Below are positions 10,373-19,421 of a stretch of DNA of 64,000 nt, piece by piece. The notes below the pieces were generated by a model. That model made no database searches and was not told the DNA's origin. It saw only the letters and a program-made list of their open reading frames with translations. This DNA is from Planctomycetia bacterium (GTDB lineage Bacteria; Planctomycetota; Planctomycetia; Pirellulales; UBA1268): the NCBI GenBank assembly GCA_021414115.1, contig JAIOPD010000015.1, positions 5,424 through 69,423 on the forward strand, written 5' to 3'. Positions within the stretch are counted from its first letter, which is position 1. Each line of letters begins with the position of its first letter. Both the position numbers and the translations under genes were made by a program.

Positions 10373-10879
10373 CTACGCCAACGTCTCGAGGAGGCGGCGG
10401 CTGTGGGAATCAAGAGCGGCCACTCGCGGGATCCGGTATCTGGTCCCGAACGTGTCGGTGATGAACACGCTGCCGTCCGGCTGGCGGGCCACGTCGTCGG
10501 CGTGCGCAACGGTGAACCGATGCGGCCCGCGATCGGTGTGGACTGCCCATTCGGTCGGTTCCGTGTCGGACACCGTCTCGATCCGCTCGATCACCGGCAG
10601 AAACTCCCGTTGGGCGAGTTCGCGATCAAGCAGTGCCTTGAGCGCGGCGGGGAGCGCGGCCAGAGACTCCACCCACGCTAGTTCACCACCGTCGGCGGCG
10701 ACGACGGCCACCGGCCCCGCTGACGCCGTCACCGGAAAGGCGCGAAGCACATCGACGTCCGCATGTCGCCGGCCCTCCGCGTCGATGAGATCGAGCCGTC
10801 CATGGGCATGCCGCTCCAGCCGCCAGCCTTCGGGCGAATCGCCGGTGATGGTCGCGAGGGGGTTGGCATGCGTGTTCAT
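10373..10879 (-). CDS. DUF1854 family protein (cyanophycin-locus associated)
   Basis: ATG at 10877..10879. The pattern GRLDLIDAEGRRH...VLRAFPV...GELAWVESLAALP...ELAQREFLPVIERIE...PTEWAVHTDRG...FITDTFGTRYRI...LDSHSRRLLE matches my memory of DUF1854 proteins. It lies 13 nt downstream of the ABC gene. Confidence 0.8.
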   Translation of the reverse strand: MNTHANPLATITGDSPEGWRLERHAHGRLDLIDAEGRRHADVDVLRAFPVTASAGPVAVVAADGGELAWVESLAALPAALKALLDRELAQREFLPVIERIETVSDTEPTEWAVHTDRGPHRFTVAHADDVARQPDGSVFITDTFGTRYRIPRVAALDSHSRRLLETLA

Positions 10880-10892
10880 GAGGAACCGTGTT

Positions 10893-13229
10893 TCATGCGG
10901 AAGGGGCGGTCTCGCTGGCAGCGGCCGCCTCCTCGGCGGCTTTCATCTGGGACCGGTAGAGTCGGGCATACATGCCGTCGACGGCGAGCAGATCGTCGTG
11001 CGTGCCCATTTCCACGATGCGGCCGGCGTCGAGGACGACAAGCCGGTTGGCGCGGCGGAGCGTCGAGAGCCGATGGGCGATGGCGATCGTGGTCCGCCCC
11101 GTCACCAGCCGGTCGATCGCTGCCTGGATGATCGACTCGGTCTCGGCATCGACGCTCGAAGTGGCCTCGTCGAGGACGAGGATACGCGGGTCGACGAGCA
11201 GAGCGCGGGCAATCGAGAGCCGCTGCCGCTCACCGCCGGAGAGGCCGCCGCCGCGCTCGCCGACCCGCGAATCGTAGGCCAACGGCTGCGAGAGGATGAA
11301 GTCGTGGGCTCCGGCGGCCCGGGCCGCGGCGACGATCTTCTCGCGGGCTGCGGCAGGCCGCCCGTAGGCGATGTTGTCGGCGATGGTGCCGAAGAAGAGG
11401 AACGGCTCCTGAAGCACGCAGCCGAGATTTCGATGGTAGTCGGCGATATCGACGTCGCGGAGATCGACACCATCGACGCGGATCGAGCCGCTCGACGGGT
11501 CGTAGAACCGGCACACGAGATTGGCGAGTGTCGACTTGCCGGACCCGCTCGTGCCCACCAGACCGATCATTTCACCCGGTTCGATCACGAGGTCGATGCC
11601 GTGGAGCACCTCGCGGGCCCCGTAGCGGAAATGCACGCCCGAGACCTCGATCCGCCCTGCCACGCGGCCGAGCCTCACCGGCCGTGGGGCTTCGGCAACG
11701 GTCGGCTTGCAGTCGAGGATCTCGAAGATCCGCTGGGCACTCGCCGCCGCACGCTGGGTGGCCGGCACCATCCGGATCATCGATTCCACACGGCCGTAGA
11801 ACCGGGCGATGTAGGCGAGAAAGGCGGTCAGTCCGCCGACGGTCACGCTGCCGGAGAAGACGAGCCACGCACCGCAGGCCCAGACAACGAGCAGGCCGAT
11901 CTCGCTGAACAGGCTGACGAACGGGCCGCAGAACGACCAGACCACGTTGACGCGGTCGTTTGCCTCCAGCACTCGCTCGTTGGCGGTGACGAAGCGGTCG
12001 ATCTCCCGCGACTCCTGGGCGAACGCCTTGACGACACGGATGCCGGGAATCGTGTCGGCCAGCACGCTCGTCATGTCGCTCCAGGCGACGGCGGCCCTGG
12101 CGAAGCCGCGGCGGAGCCGTTCGCGGACCGCATAAATCAGCCAGACCACGAAGGGAAAGGGCACGAGCGTCAGCAGGGCCAGCAGCGGGTTGAGCCAGAT
12201 CAACACCGCCGCCGTGAGCGCCAGGAGCATCACGTTGGAGGCGAACTCGATCAGGTTCACCGACAGGAAAATGTTGATCTTGTCGGTGTCGCTGCCCACC
12301 CGGGACATCAAATCGCCCGTCCGCTTGCCCTGGAAGAAATCGAGCGAGAGCGACTGCATGTGGGCGTAGGTCCGCGTGCGCAGGCCCGCGGCGATGCGTT
12401 CGCTGACCCAGGCGAGCGTCCACGTTTGAATCCACGAGAGCAGCCACGCAGCGACGGCCGCGAGCAGGAGACCGCCGAGATACCACCAGACGAGGGAGAA
12501 CGGCACGTCCTTGCCGTTCTGTCTGGGGATCAACACGTCGTCCACCAGCGGCATCGTGAGATAGGGGGGCACGAGCGCCGCCGCCGTGCTCGCCAGCGAG
12601 AGCATGGCTCCAAGGATCGCCATACCCGCATGGGGCCTGGCGAAGGAGATGAGTCGGAAGAGTGGCCGCCACGAGGCCAAGCCGCCCGTTGCCCCCGCAT
12701 CGTCGGCCAGGCCGCGGGGCGCGGCGGCCGCCGGCTTCTCTTCGGTCTCCTCGACGTCGGCTGCCGCAGATGGCTGTCGGGCTTCTCGGAGGCCGTCGGG
12801 TTCGGTCAGCCCGTCGGGGCCACGCAGCCGCGAGTCGAAGGCGTCTTCAAGCGCGTGGATGGCAGGTGCCTTGGCGGGCGTGAACAGCCAGCGGGCCACG
12901 ATCCGGTCGCCTTGCGAGAGCTCCACGCGGCCCACCGCCGAACGCAACTGCACGTCGAGTCGGGTGGCGGCATCGATCGTCCACGAGCGGGGGCCGCCCG
13001 CCGTGCGTTCGCCGCCTTCCGCGGAGGCCGGCTCGTCGGCGATCACCCGCTTGGTTGTCAGCACGATCCAGCCGTCGCTGAACCGCAACTCCCCGTCGAG
13101 GTCGAAGCGTCCGATCGCCAGCACGGTCTCATCCGGCGCGATGACGACGTCCCCGTGCCAGGGAAGCCCGGACCCGACCAGGGCAGCTGGTGAGCCGACG
13201 TCAGGGGATCCGGAGGAAGGGGAGGTCAT
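10893..13229 (-). CDS. ABC exporter (fused permease and ATPase) with an extra N-terminal domain of about 200 aa
   Basis: ATG at 13229. Six-TM exporter domain. Walker A GTSGSGKST, signature LSGGERQR, Walker B ILVLDEATS, H-loop AIAHRL. The N-terminal soluble region (..FDLDGELRFSDGWIVLTTKRVIADEP..) is absent from plain MsbA-like exporters. Confidence 0.9.
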   Translation of the reverse strand: MTSPSSGSPDVGSPAALVGSGLPWHGDVVIAPDETVLAIGRFDLDGELRFSDGWIVLTTKRVIADEPASAEGGERTAGGPRSWTIDAATRLDVQLRSAVGRVELSQGDRIVARWLFTPAKAPAIHALEDAFDSRLRGPDGLTEPDGLREARQPSAAADVEETEEKPAAAAPRGLADDAGATGGLASWRPLFRLISFARPHAGMAILGAMLSLASTAAALVPPYLTMPLVDDVLIPRQNGKDVPFSLVWWYLGGLLLAAVAAWLLSWIQTWTLAWVSERIAAGLRTRTYAHMQSLSLDFFQGKRTGDLMSRVGSDTDKINIFLSVNLIEFASNVMLLALTAAVLIWLNPLLALLTLVPFPFVVWLIYAVRERLRRGFARAAVAWSDMTSVLADTIPGIRVVKAFAQESREIDRFVTANERVLEANDRVNVVWSFCGPFVSLFSEIGLLVVWACGAWLVFSGSVTVGGLTAFLAYIARFYGRVESMIRMVPATQRAAASAQRIFEILDCKPTVAEAPRPVRLGRVAGRIEVSGVHFRYGAREVLHGIDLVIEPGEMIGLVGTSGSGKSTLANLVCRFYDPSSGSIRVDGVDLRDVDIADYHRNLGCVLQEPFLFFGTIADNIAYGRPAAAREKIVAAARAAGAHDFILSQPLAYDSRVGERGGGLSGGERQRLSIARALLVDPRILVLDEATSSVDAETESIIQAAIDRLVTGRTTIAIAHRLSTLRRANRLVVLDAGRIVEMGTHDDLLAVDGMYARLYRSQMKAAEEAAAASETAPSA

Positions 13230-14214
13230 AAATGAGCCAGATGCGTCGCAGTCTGCGGAACGGCGGTGAACCGAGGGAAAACCTTCAATTTTAGGCGTTT
13301 ACGACTGGTTGCACGGGCTGGCCGCCCTCCAGCCACAGAAATTTGCGTGGCTTTCCGAACATGCCTAGATTACCGTCCGCTCCCGAAGCACAGTGCTGGA
13401 AACATCGCTTTGCCCGCTGGCCACGCGACCGCTCCCTGCAGTCTCGCCGCCGTACCCGCGTTTGTCTGCCGTTTCTGTAGAAATTTCCGACCCGCCTGCC
13501 GTCACTGGCCTTATTTTGCCACGCCCAACGGTCATCTTTTCCGCCATCCCAACCACCGGGATCCGCTCCGAGTCAGGGTTTTCGGCCATCACACTGGCCG
13601 CTGCCCGCTCAGCGGCCATTCGGCACACGACGTGCTTCTGCTCCGAGGCGTCGAAAAATCATTCGCAGTCGATGGCTGGAAGCGTAAACTCTGGCGATCG
13701 AACTGCGAAGACGGCCACGGGAAACCGGAGCCGGGCTTTTCGGCGATGCAGTGTCGGCCGGGCTTGTTCCGGAACGTGCTGCAGTTGGAATCATGGTGCC
13801 GCGAGGAACGGGTATCGCAAGCGAACGCGCGTCCGTGTGGCGTGCGGCGTTACCATCCGGCCTCGCGGTGTAGGAATCCTTTCGTCTCATGGCCACTTCG
13901 GCCGGTCGGTTGTCGGTGGGCTTCTGCTTCCCATTGTTCTCGAGCCTGTCCGCGAAGAATCGCTTCGCCGGAGGCATCTCTCCCGCGGCACCGGATTGCC
14001 AGCCGCCGCCCTGACGACCTCATTCGTCGGGTTCGTGCGGATGCCTGCCCAGGCAGGCAGGACTGTGCAGGCGACGCGCCGGCACAGTGCCGTTGTGAAC
14101 CGTGCGACCTCCTTTCCAGAACCATCCGTCGGAGTGTCCGGCGGCTGGAGGAGGCGCACACGACCAGACCCGCGCATGCGTCTGCGACCGGTCTAAGAGA
14201 ACTGTATTCCATCC

Positions 14215-17200
14215 ATGGAGATTCTTTCGCTCAAGGTCCTTCGCGGTCCCAATCAATGGGCATCGTTCCCCTGCCTGGAAGCCTGGGTCGATCTCGGCCG
14301 GCTGGAGGATTTCCCCTCCCACACGCTCCCTGGCTTCAATGAGCGGATCATGTCGTGGCTGCCCACCATGATCGAGCACCGCTGCTCGATCGGGACCCGC
14401 GGTGGTTTTTTCGAGCGGCTTCGTACGGGCACGTGGATGGGCCACGTTCTCGAGCACGTCACGCTCGAACTCCAGACACTCGCCGGCACGCCGGTGGGGT
14501 ATGGCCGCGCCCGCGAGGCCAAGACCCGCGGTGTCTACAAGGTCGTGATCGAATACAAGGAGGAGAAGTTCGCGATCGAGTGCTTTCACACGGCCCACCG
14601 GCTGCTGATGGCTGCGATCGACGGCACCATCTTCGACGTCACCTGCGAGCTGAAGCGGCTCCGCAAACTGCTCCTCGACGTGCAACTCGGTCCGAGCACG
14701 AGGTCGATCGTCGAGGCTGCGGCGGCACGGGGCATTCCACCGCAGCGGCTGACCGAGGGATCGCTCGTGCGGCTCGGACACGGGGCCAAGCAGCGGCGGA
14801 TTCTTGCCGCGGAGACCGATCGAACAGGCGCGGTCGCCGAGACGATCGCGCAGGACAAGGAACTCACCCGGACGCTTCTGGCGGAGTCGGGCATCCCCGT
14901 CCCCGAGGGCCGGCCTGTCAGCGACGCGGCCGACGCGTGGGCCGTCGCCGAGGAGATCGGTGGCCCTGTCGTGATCAAGCCGCGGTATGGCAACCAAGGC
15001 CGTGGTGTGTCGGTGAACCTCGTCACCCGTGACGAGGTGGAAAAGGCCTGGGCTCTCGCCAGCGAGCAGGATGCAGCGGTCGTCGTCGAGCGGTTCGTGA
15101 GTGGTGCCGATTACCGCGTGCTGGTGGTGGGCTCTCGCATGGTTGCGGCGGCGCGCCGGCACCCGCCGCTCGTCGTCGGCGACGGCTGCTCGACGGTGAG
15201 GCATCTCGTCGACAAGGTCAACGAGGATCCGCGGCGGTGCGGCGACCATGCCACGTCGCTGAGCCCGATGGTGATCGACGAGGTCGCCGTCGCGGTCCTC
15301 GCCGAGCAGGGGCTCGCCGCGGAGGCGGTCCCGGCAGCGGGACGGGCCGTCTTGCTCCGGCGCAACGCGAACCTGAGCACCGGCGGTTCGGCGGAGGACG
15401 TGACCGACATCGTCCATCCGGAGGTGGCCGCCCGGGCCATCGAGGCTGCCCGGATCATCGGCCTCGACGTGGCGGGCATCGACATGGTGATGGAAGACAT
15501 CACCATGTCGCTCGAATCCCAGCGGGGCGTCGTGATCGAGGTCAACGCGGCTCCGGGGCTGCGGATGCATCTGGAACCGACGGTCGGCACGCCCCGCAAT
15601 GTCGGCGCCGCGATCGTCGACGCCCTTTTCGGCCCCGGCGACGACGGCCGCATTCCCACCGCCGCCGTCACCGGCACCAACGGCAAGACGACCGTCGTCC
15701 GTCTGATCGCGCACCTCGCCGCCACGGGTGGTGCCACCGTCGGCTCGACGTGCACTGAAGGCGTCTGGATCAACGGCCGACAGATCGACTCGGGCGACTG
15801 TAGCGGCCCGAAAAGCGCCCGCCGCGTGCTCGCGAATCCGGCGGTCACCACGGCCGTGCTCGAGACCGCACGTGGGGGCATTCTTCGCGAGGGCTGCGGT
15901 TTCGACTGCTGCGACGTCGCGGTCGTGACGAACATCGCTTCAGGCGATCACCTCGGTATCGCCGAGATCGACACTCCCGAGCAGATCGCCTGGGTGAAGG
16001 GAGCGATCGTCGCGGCCGTGCGGCCCAGCGGCGCCGCCGTACTCAATGCCGCGGATCCGCTGGTCGTGGGGATGAAGAAGTGGTGCAAGGGCCAGGTGGT
16101 CTACTTCGCCCTCGACCCCGCCAACCCCGTGCTCGTCGAGCACCTCGCACAGGGCGGCCTCGCGGCCACTGTCCGCGAGGGCTGGATCGTGCTCTGTGAC
16201 GGTCCCCGTGAGACGCGACTGGCGCATCTCGACCGCGTGCCGCTCGTGCACCGCGGCCTGGTCGACTTCCAGGTGGAGAACGTGCTGGCCAGCGCCGCGG
16301 CGGCCTGGCGGCTCGGCGTGCCGCTGGAACTGGTTCGGCTCGGTCTCGAGAGTTTTTCGTCCGGCTCGTCCGGCTCGCCTGGTCGATTCAACCTCCTCGA
16401 TCTCCAGGGCGCCGCGGTCGTGGTCGACTACGGCCACAACGTACCGTCGCTCGAGCGGATCTGCGGCTCGCTGGCGAAGTTTCCGCACCCGCGGCGGACG
16501 GCGGTCTACTCCGCGGCAGGCGACCGTCGCGACGAAGACCTCATCGCTCAGGGCCGGCTCCTCGCCGCGACCTTTGATCGGGTGGTGATCTACGAAGACG
16601 CCTACATCCGCGGCCGCGAGCCCGGCGAGATCACGAGAATCATCTCGCAGGGCATCCAGGCAGGGATGGCGGCAGAAAAACCGGTCGTGATCGAGGCCGG
16701 GGGCGATTGGGCGACGAGTGCCGCGCTCGTGCTCGACGCCGTCGGCGCGGGCGATCTCGTGCTGCTGCAGGCCGACTCGATCGAGCAGACGATGCCCTGG
16801 CTCACAGAACGCTACGGCAGCCGGCTCAAGGACTCCGTCTTCGACGAGTTCGCCGGGATGGCGGCGGGTGATGCTTCTGCGATCGCTCCCAAGCCGGGCG
16901 AGCCGCTGGAGCTGAAGGTCGGGCGTCTCGGCCGGGGTGTCAGTGCGACCCGCGACATCACGGCCGGCGAAACGGTGCTGAAGACCTGGGGACAGCAGTC
17001 CCCGCAACGGACGCGCTACACCGTCCAGGTCGATCGGCAGACCCACATCGTGCCGGACGGGGTGGCCGTGCTCGTGAACCACTCGTGCGAGCCGAACTGC
17101 GGCGTTGTCATCCGCTCCGGCGTCAAGGAGATCGAGATCCGCGCCCTGCGGCCGATCGCCGCGGGCGAGGAGATCACCGTCGACTACGAGACCTTCGAGG

Positions 17201-17370
17201 AAGAGGTCGTGCATCTCGGCGGGCCGTGCCGCTGCGGTGCGGCGACGTGCCGCGGCCGGGTGGCCGGCTACAAGCACCTGCCGGCCGACGTGAAGGCCCG
17301 GTACGGCGTCTTCATCGCCGAGTATTTGCGGATCCTCGAGTCGGAGACGTCTCTGCCCGTCGGCGTGTGA
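14215..17370 (+). CDS. cphA: cyanophycin synthetase fused to a C-terminal SET-domain methyltransferase
   Basis: A single 1051-codon ORF with the ATG at 14215. CphA-like N-terminus MEILSLKVLRGPNQWA..., an ATP-grasp region and the Mur-ligase P-loop TGTNGKTT. From about nt 16903 it carries SET motifs: GRGVSATRDITAGETV, NHSCEPN (17077..17097), EEITVDY and post-SET CRCGAATCRG. Confidence 0.92.
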   Translation: MEILSLKVLRGPNQWASFPCLEAWVDLGRLEDFPSHTLPGFNERIMSWLPTMIEHRCSIGTRGGFFERLRTGTWMGHVLEHVTLELQTLAGTPVGYGRAREAKTRGVYKVVIEYKEEKFAIECFHTAHRLLMAAIDGTIFDVTCELKRLRKLLLDVQLGPSTRSIVEAAAARGIPPQRLTEGSLVRLGHGAKQRRILAAETDRTGAVAETIAQDKELTRTLLAESGIPVPEGRPVSDAADAWAVAEEIGGPVVIKPRYGNQGRGVSVNLVTRDEVEKAWALASEQDAAVVVERFVSGADYRVLVVGSRMVAAARRHPPLVVGDGCSTVRHLVDKVNEDPRRCGDHATSLSPMVIDEVAVAVLAEQGLAAEAVPAAGRAVLLRRNANLSTGGSAEDVTDIVHPEVAARAIEAARIIGLDVAGIDMVMEDITMSLESQRGVVIEVNAAPGLRMHLEPTVGTPRNVGAAIVDALFGPGDDGRIPTAAVTGTNGKTTVVRLIAHLAATGGATVGSTCTEGVWINGRQIDSGDCSGPKSARRVLANPAVTTAVLETARGGILREGCGFDCCDVAVVTNIASGDHLGIAEIDTPEQIAWVKGAIVAAVRPSGAAVLNAADPLVVGMKKWCKGQVVYFALDPANPVLVEHLAQGGLAATVREGWIVLCDGPRETRLAHLDRVPLVHRGLVDFQVENVLASAAAAWRLGVPLELVRLGLESFSSGSSGSPGRFNLLDLQGAAVVVDYGHNVPSLERICGSLAKFPHPRRTAVYSAAGDRRDEDLIAQGRLLAATFDRVVIYEDAYIRGREPGEITRIISQGIQAGMAAEKPVVIEAGGDWATSAALVLDAVGAGDLVLLQADSIEQTMPWLTERYGSRLKDSVFDEFAGMAAGDASAIAPKPGEPLELKVGRLGRGVSATRDITAGETVLKTWGQQSPQRTRYTVQVDRQTHIVPDGVAVLVNHSCEPNCGVVIRSGVKEIEIRALRPIAAGEEITVDYETFEEEVVHLGGPCRCGAATCRGRVAGYKHLPADVKARYGVFIAEYLRILESETSLPVGV

Positions 17371-17429
17371 TTCTGGGTTCGAACGCAGCCGGTCGACGCA
17401 CGGCTCCGCGGCGGACAAGGGTTCGCGGG

Positions 17430-18497
17430 TTACTTCAGCCCTGGGCGGCGGTCGAGGGCGCCCCTCACACCGAGTTGCTCGGGGTGGCGGGCGATCTTGT
17501 CGGTGAAGACGCGGACATCGTCGACGATCGGCCGCAGTTCCTTCGTGAGACGGTTCACGTTGCCCGCGGCTTGGGCGAGATCGTTGTAGACCTGCGGGTC
17601 GCGGACGAGCTTGCCGAGAGTGCCCTGCGACTCGTTGAGCGCCTTGGTGAACATCGCGGCCTGCTGGAGGGTCTCGTCGAGCCGGCCGATGGTCTGATTG
17701 ATCTGGGCCACCATCCCCTCGCCCCGTTCGCCAAGTGGCTTGGTGAGGCCCTCGAGGTTGCGGAGATTGCGATCGGCGGTGTCGACCGTCTCGCCGATAC
17801 CCTGGACCGTGGTCCGCAGGTCGGTGATCACGTCGGGGAGGGAATTGAGCGTCTGTTTGAGATTGGCGCGGGCCTGCGGATCACCCATCACGTCGTTGAT
17901 GTTGGCCATCGCGAGGCTGAAGGCATCGAGGGCCGCCTCGGTCTTCTGCACCATCTTGCTGAAGGTGTCGTCGTCGCCGAGCAGCAGCCGGTCGAGGTTG
18001 TCGGAGAGTTTCTTCACCGACTCGCTCGCCTCGGCCAGGGACTCGAGGGCCCCGCCGAGTTTTGGCTCGAGCGTGGCGAACATCTCGAAGGGGTCGCGGG
18101 AGACGGCGCCCGGCAACACCTCGTCCTTGCTCACCCGCTGCCGCGGCGGCTTGATCGATCCGGGCACGAGCTGGATTTCGGCATCGCCGAGCAGCGTGCT
18201 CGCGATCCGCGGCTGCTCGTCCTTGTAGATCGGCACGTACGAGTCGATGTCGGCCACGACGCTCACGCCCCCCCGCTCGTCGAGTTTCACATCGGCGACG
18301 CGACCGACGAGGATGCCATTTTTTCGGACCGGTGTTCCCTCCGCCACGCCTCGAGCGTCGGAGAAACTCATCTTGAGCGGATAGGTCGCCTGCACGAGCG
18401 AGGGCAGGTCGCCGAAGAGCACGATCAGGATGCCGGTGATGATGGCTGTCGCCAGCACTACCACTCCCACGCGGAACTGCATCACGCGTTCGTTCAT
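17430..18497 (-). CDS. MlaD/MCE family substrate-binding protein
   Basis: ATG at 18497 overlaps the upstream stop (ATGA). N-terminal TM segment, then an MCE domain (PVRKNGILVGRVADVKLDE..). Confidence 0.85.
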   Translation of the reverse strand: MNERVMQFRVGVVVLATAIITGILIVLFGDLPSLVQATYPLKMSFSDARGVAEGTPVRKNGILVGRVADVKLDERGGVSVVADIDSYVPIYKDEQPRIASTLLGDAEIQLVPGSIKPPRQRVSKDEVLPGAVSRDPFEMFATLEPKLGGALESLAEASESVKKLSDNLDRLLLGDDDTFSKMVQKTEAALDAFSLAMANINDVMGDPQARANLKQTLNSLPDVITDLRTTVQGIGETVDTADRNLRNLEGLTKPLGERGEGMVAQINQTIGRLDETLQQAAMFTKALNESQGTLGKLVRDPQVYNDLAQAAGNVNRLTKELRPIVDDVRVFTDKIARHPEQLGVRGALDRRPGLK

Positions 18498-19414
18498 GCG
18501 TCGGCCTCCCCTTCGAGCGTGTCGGCATCGGCATCGGCCGTGGCGGTCGATTCGGCCTGGATTTCATGGTCGCGGGCTTGTTCCTCGCGGAGCTCCATCA
18601 GCCGCGCCCCCGCCCGCCCCTCGACGAACTGACGAATTCGCGGGTCACGGGAGCGGTCGAGTTCCTCCACGGTACCGTCAAAAACGACCTGCGGCTCGTC
18701 GGGGCGAAGGCGGAAGACCGGGTAGAGCATGATCACGCGGTCGGCCACTTTGCGGGCGGTGTGCATGTCGTGCGTGACGACGACGCTGGTCACGTAGGGC
18801 CGGCCGCGCACCCGGATGATGAGCTCGTTGATCACGTCGCTCATGATCGGATCGAGGCCGGTGGTCGGCTCATCGTAGAGCACGAGCTGCGGATCAAGAG
18901 CGAGGGCCCGGGCGAGTCCGGCCCGCTTCCGCATGCCGCCCGAGAGCTGGACCGGCTTCTTGGGAAGCACGCTGCGGGGCAGCCCCACCTCGTCGAGAAG
19001 CGACTCGACGATCGTGCGGACCTCGGCGTCGGGGATCCGCGTGTGCTCGCGGAGGGGGAAGGCGATGTTGTCGAGGATCGTGAGGCTGTCGAAGAGGGCT
19101 GCGCCCTGGAAGACGAAGCCATACCGCGTCCGCAGGTGGGCGAGCGACCGGTCGTTCAGGCCGGCGAGCGACCGTCCCTCGAACTGCACGTCGCCCCGCG
19201 TGGGCCGGATCAGGCCGATCATCGACTTCAGGAGGACGGTCTTGCCGCAGCCGCTCTCTCCGAGGATCACGAGTGTTCGCCCTGGCTCAAGGTCGATCGA
19301 GATGTCGCGGAGTACTTCCTGGCTGCCGAAGCGGACGTGGAGCGAGTCGACCCGCAGGAGCGGGCCGGCGGGCTCGTCGGGGCGTCGGGGCTTGGCGGGT
19401 GCTGCGGCGGGCAT
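18494..19414 (-). CDS. MlaF-like ABC transporter ATP-binding protein
   Basis: Walker A GESGCGKT, signature LSGGMRKR, Walker B LVLYDEPT. It has an acidic C-terminal tail. Confidence 0.9.
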   Translation of the reverse strand: MPAAAPAKPRRPDEPAGPLLRVDSLHVRFGSQEVLRDISIDLEPGRTLVILGESGCGKTVLLKSMIGLIRPTRGDVQFEGRSLAGLNDRSLAHLRTRYGFVFQGAALFDSLTILDNIAFPLREHTRIPDAEVRTIVESLLDEVGLPRSVLPKKPVQLSGGMRKRAGLARALALDPQLVLYDEPTTGLDPIMSDVINELIIRVRGRPYVTSVVVTHDMHTARKVADRVIMLYPVFRLRPDEPQVVFDGTVEELDRSRDPRIRQFVEGRAGARLMELREEQARDHEIQAESTATADADADTLEGEADA

Positions 19415-19421
19415 GATGGCG

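Noticed and set aside
10452-13193. 913-aa plus-strand ORF
   Set aside because: Antisense to the ABC exporter and DUF1854 genes, which have unambiguous Walker, signature and family motifs.
13266-14342. 358-aa ORF, plus the overlapping ORFs 13393..14196, 13609..13977, 13850..14212 and 13365..13628 in the cphA upstream spacer
   Set aside because: The translations are Arg/Cys/Ser/Pro-rich with no motifs. They overlap each other in several frames, and one runs into the cphA coding region out of frame. I treat the region as non-coding but flag it as a finding.
14020-17418. Minus-strand ORFs 14020..15714 (564 aa) and 15940..17418 (492 aa)
   Set aside because: Antisense to cphA-SET, with shadow-ORF composition.
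17371-17429. tRNA-like T-arm motif gggttcgaac between cphA and the MlaD gene
   Set aside because: The whole spacer is only 59 nt and no acceptor, D or anticodon arms can be drawn. It is too short for a tRNA.
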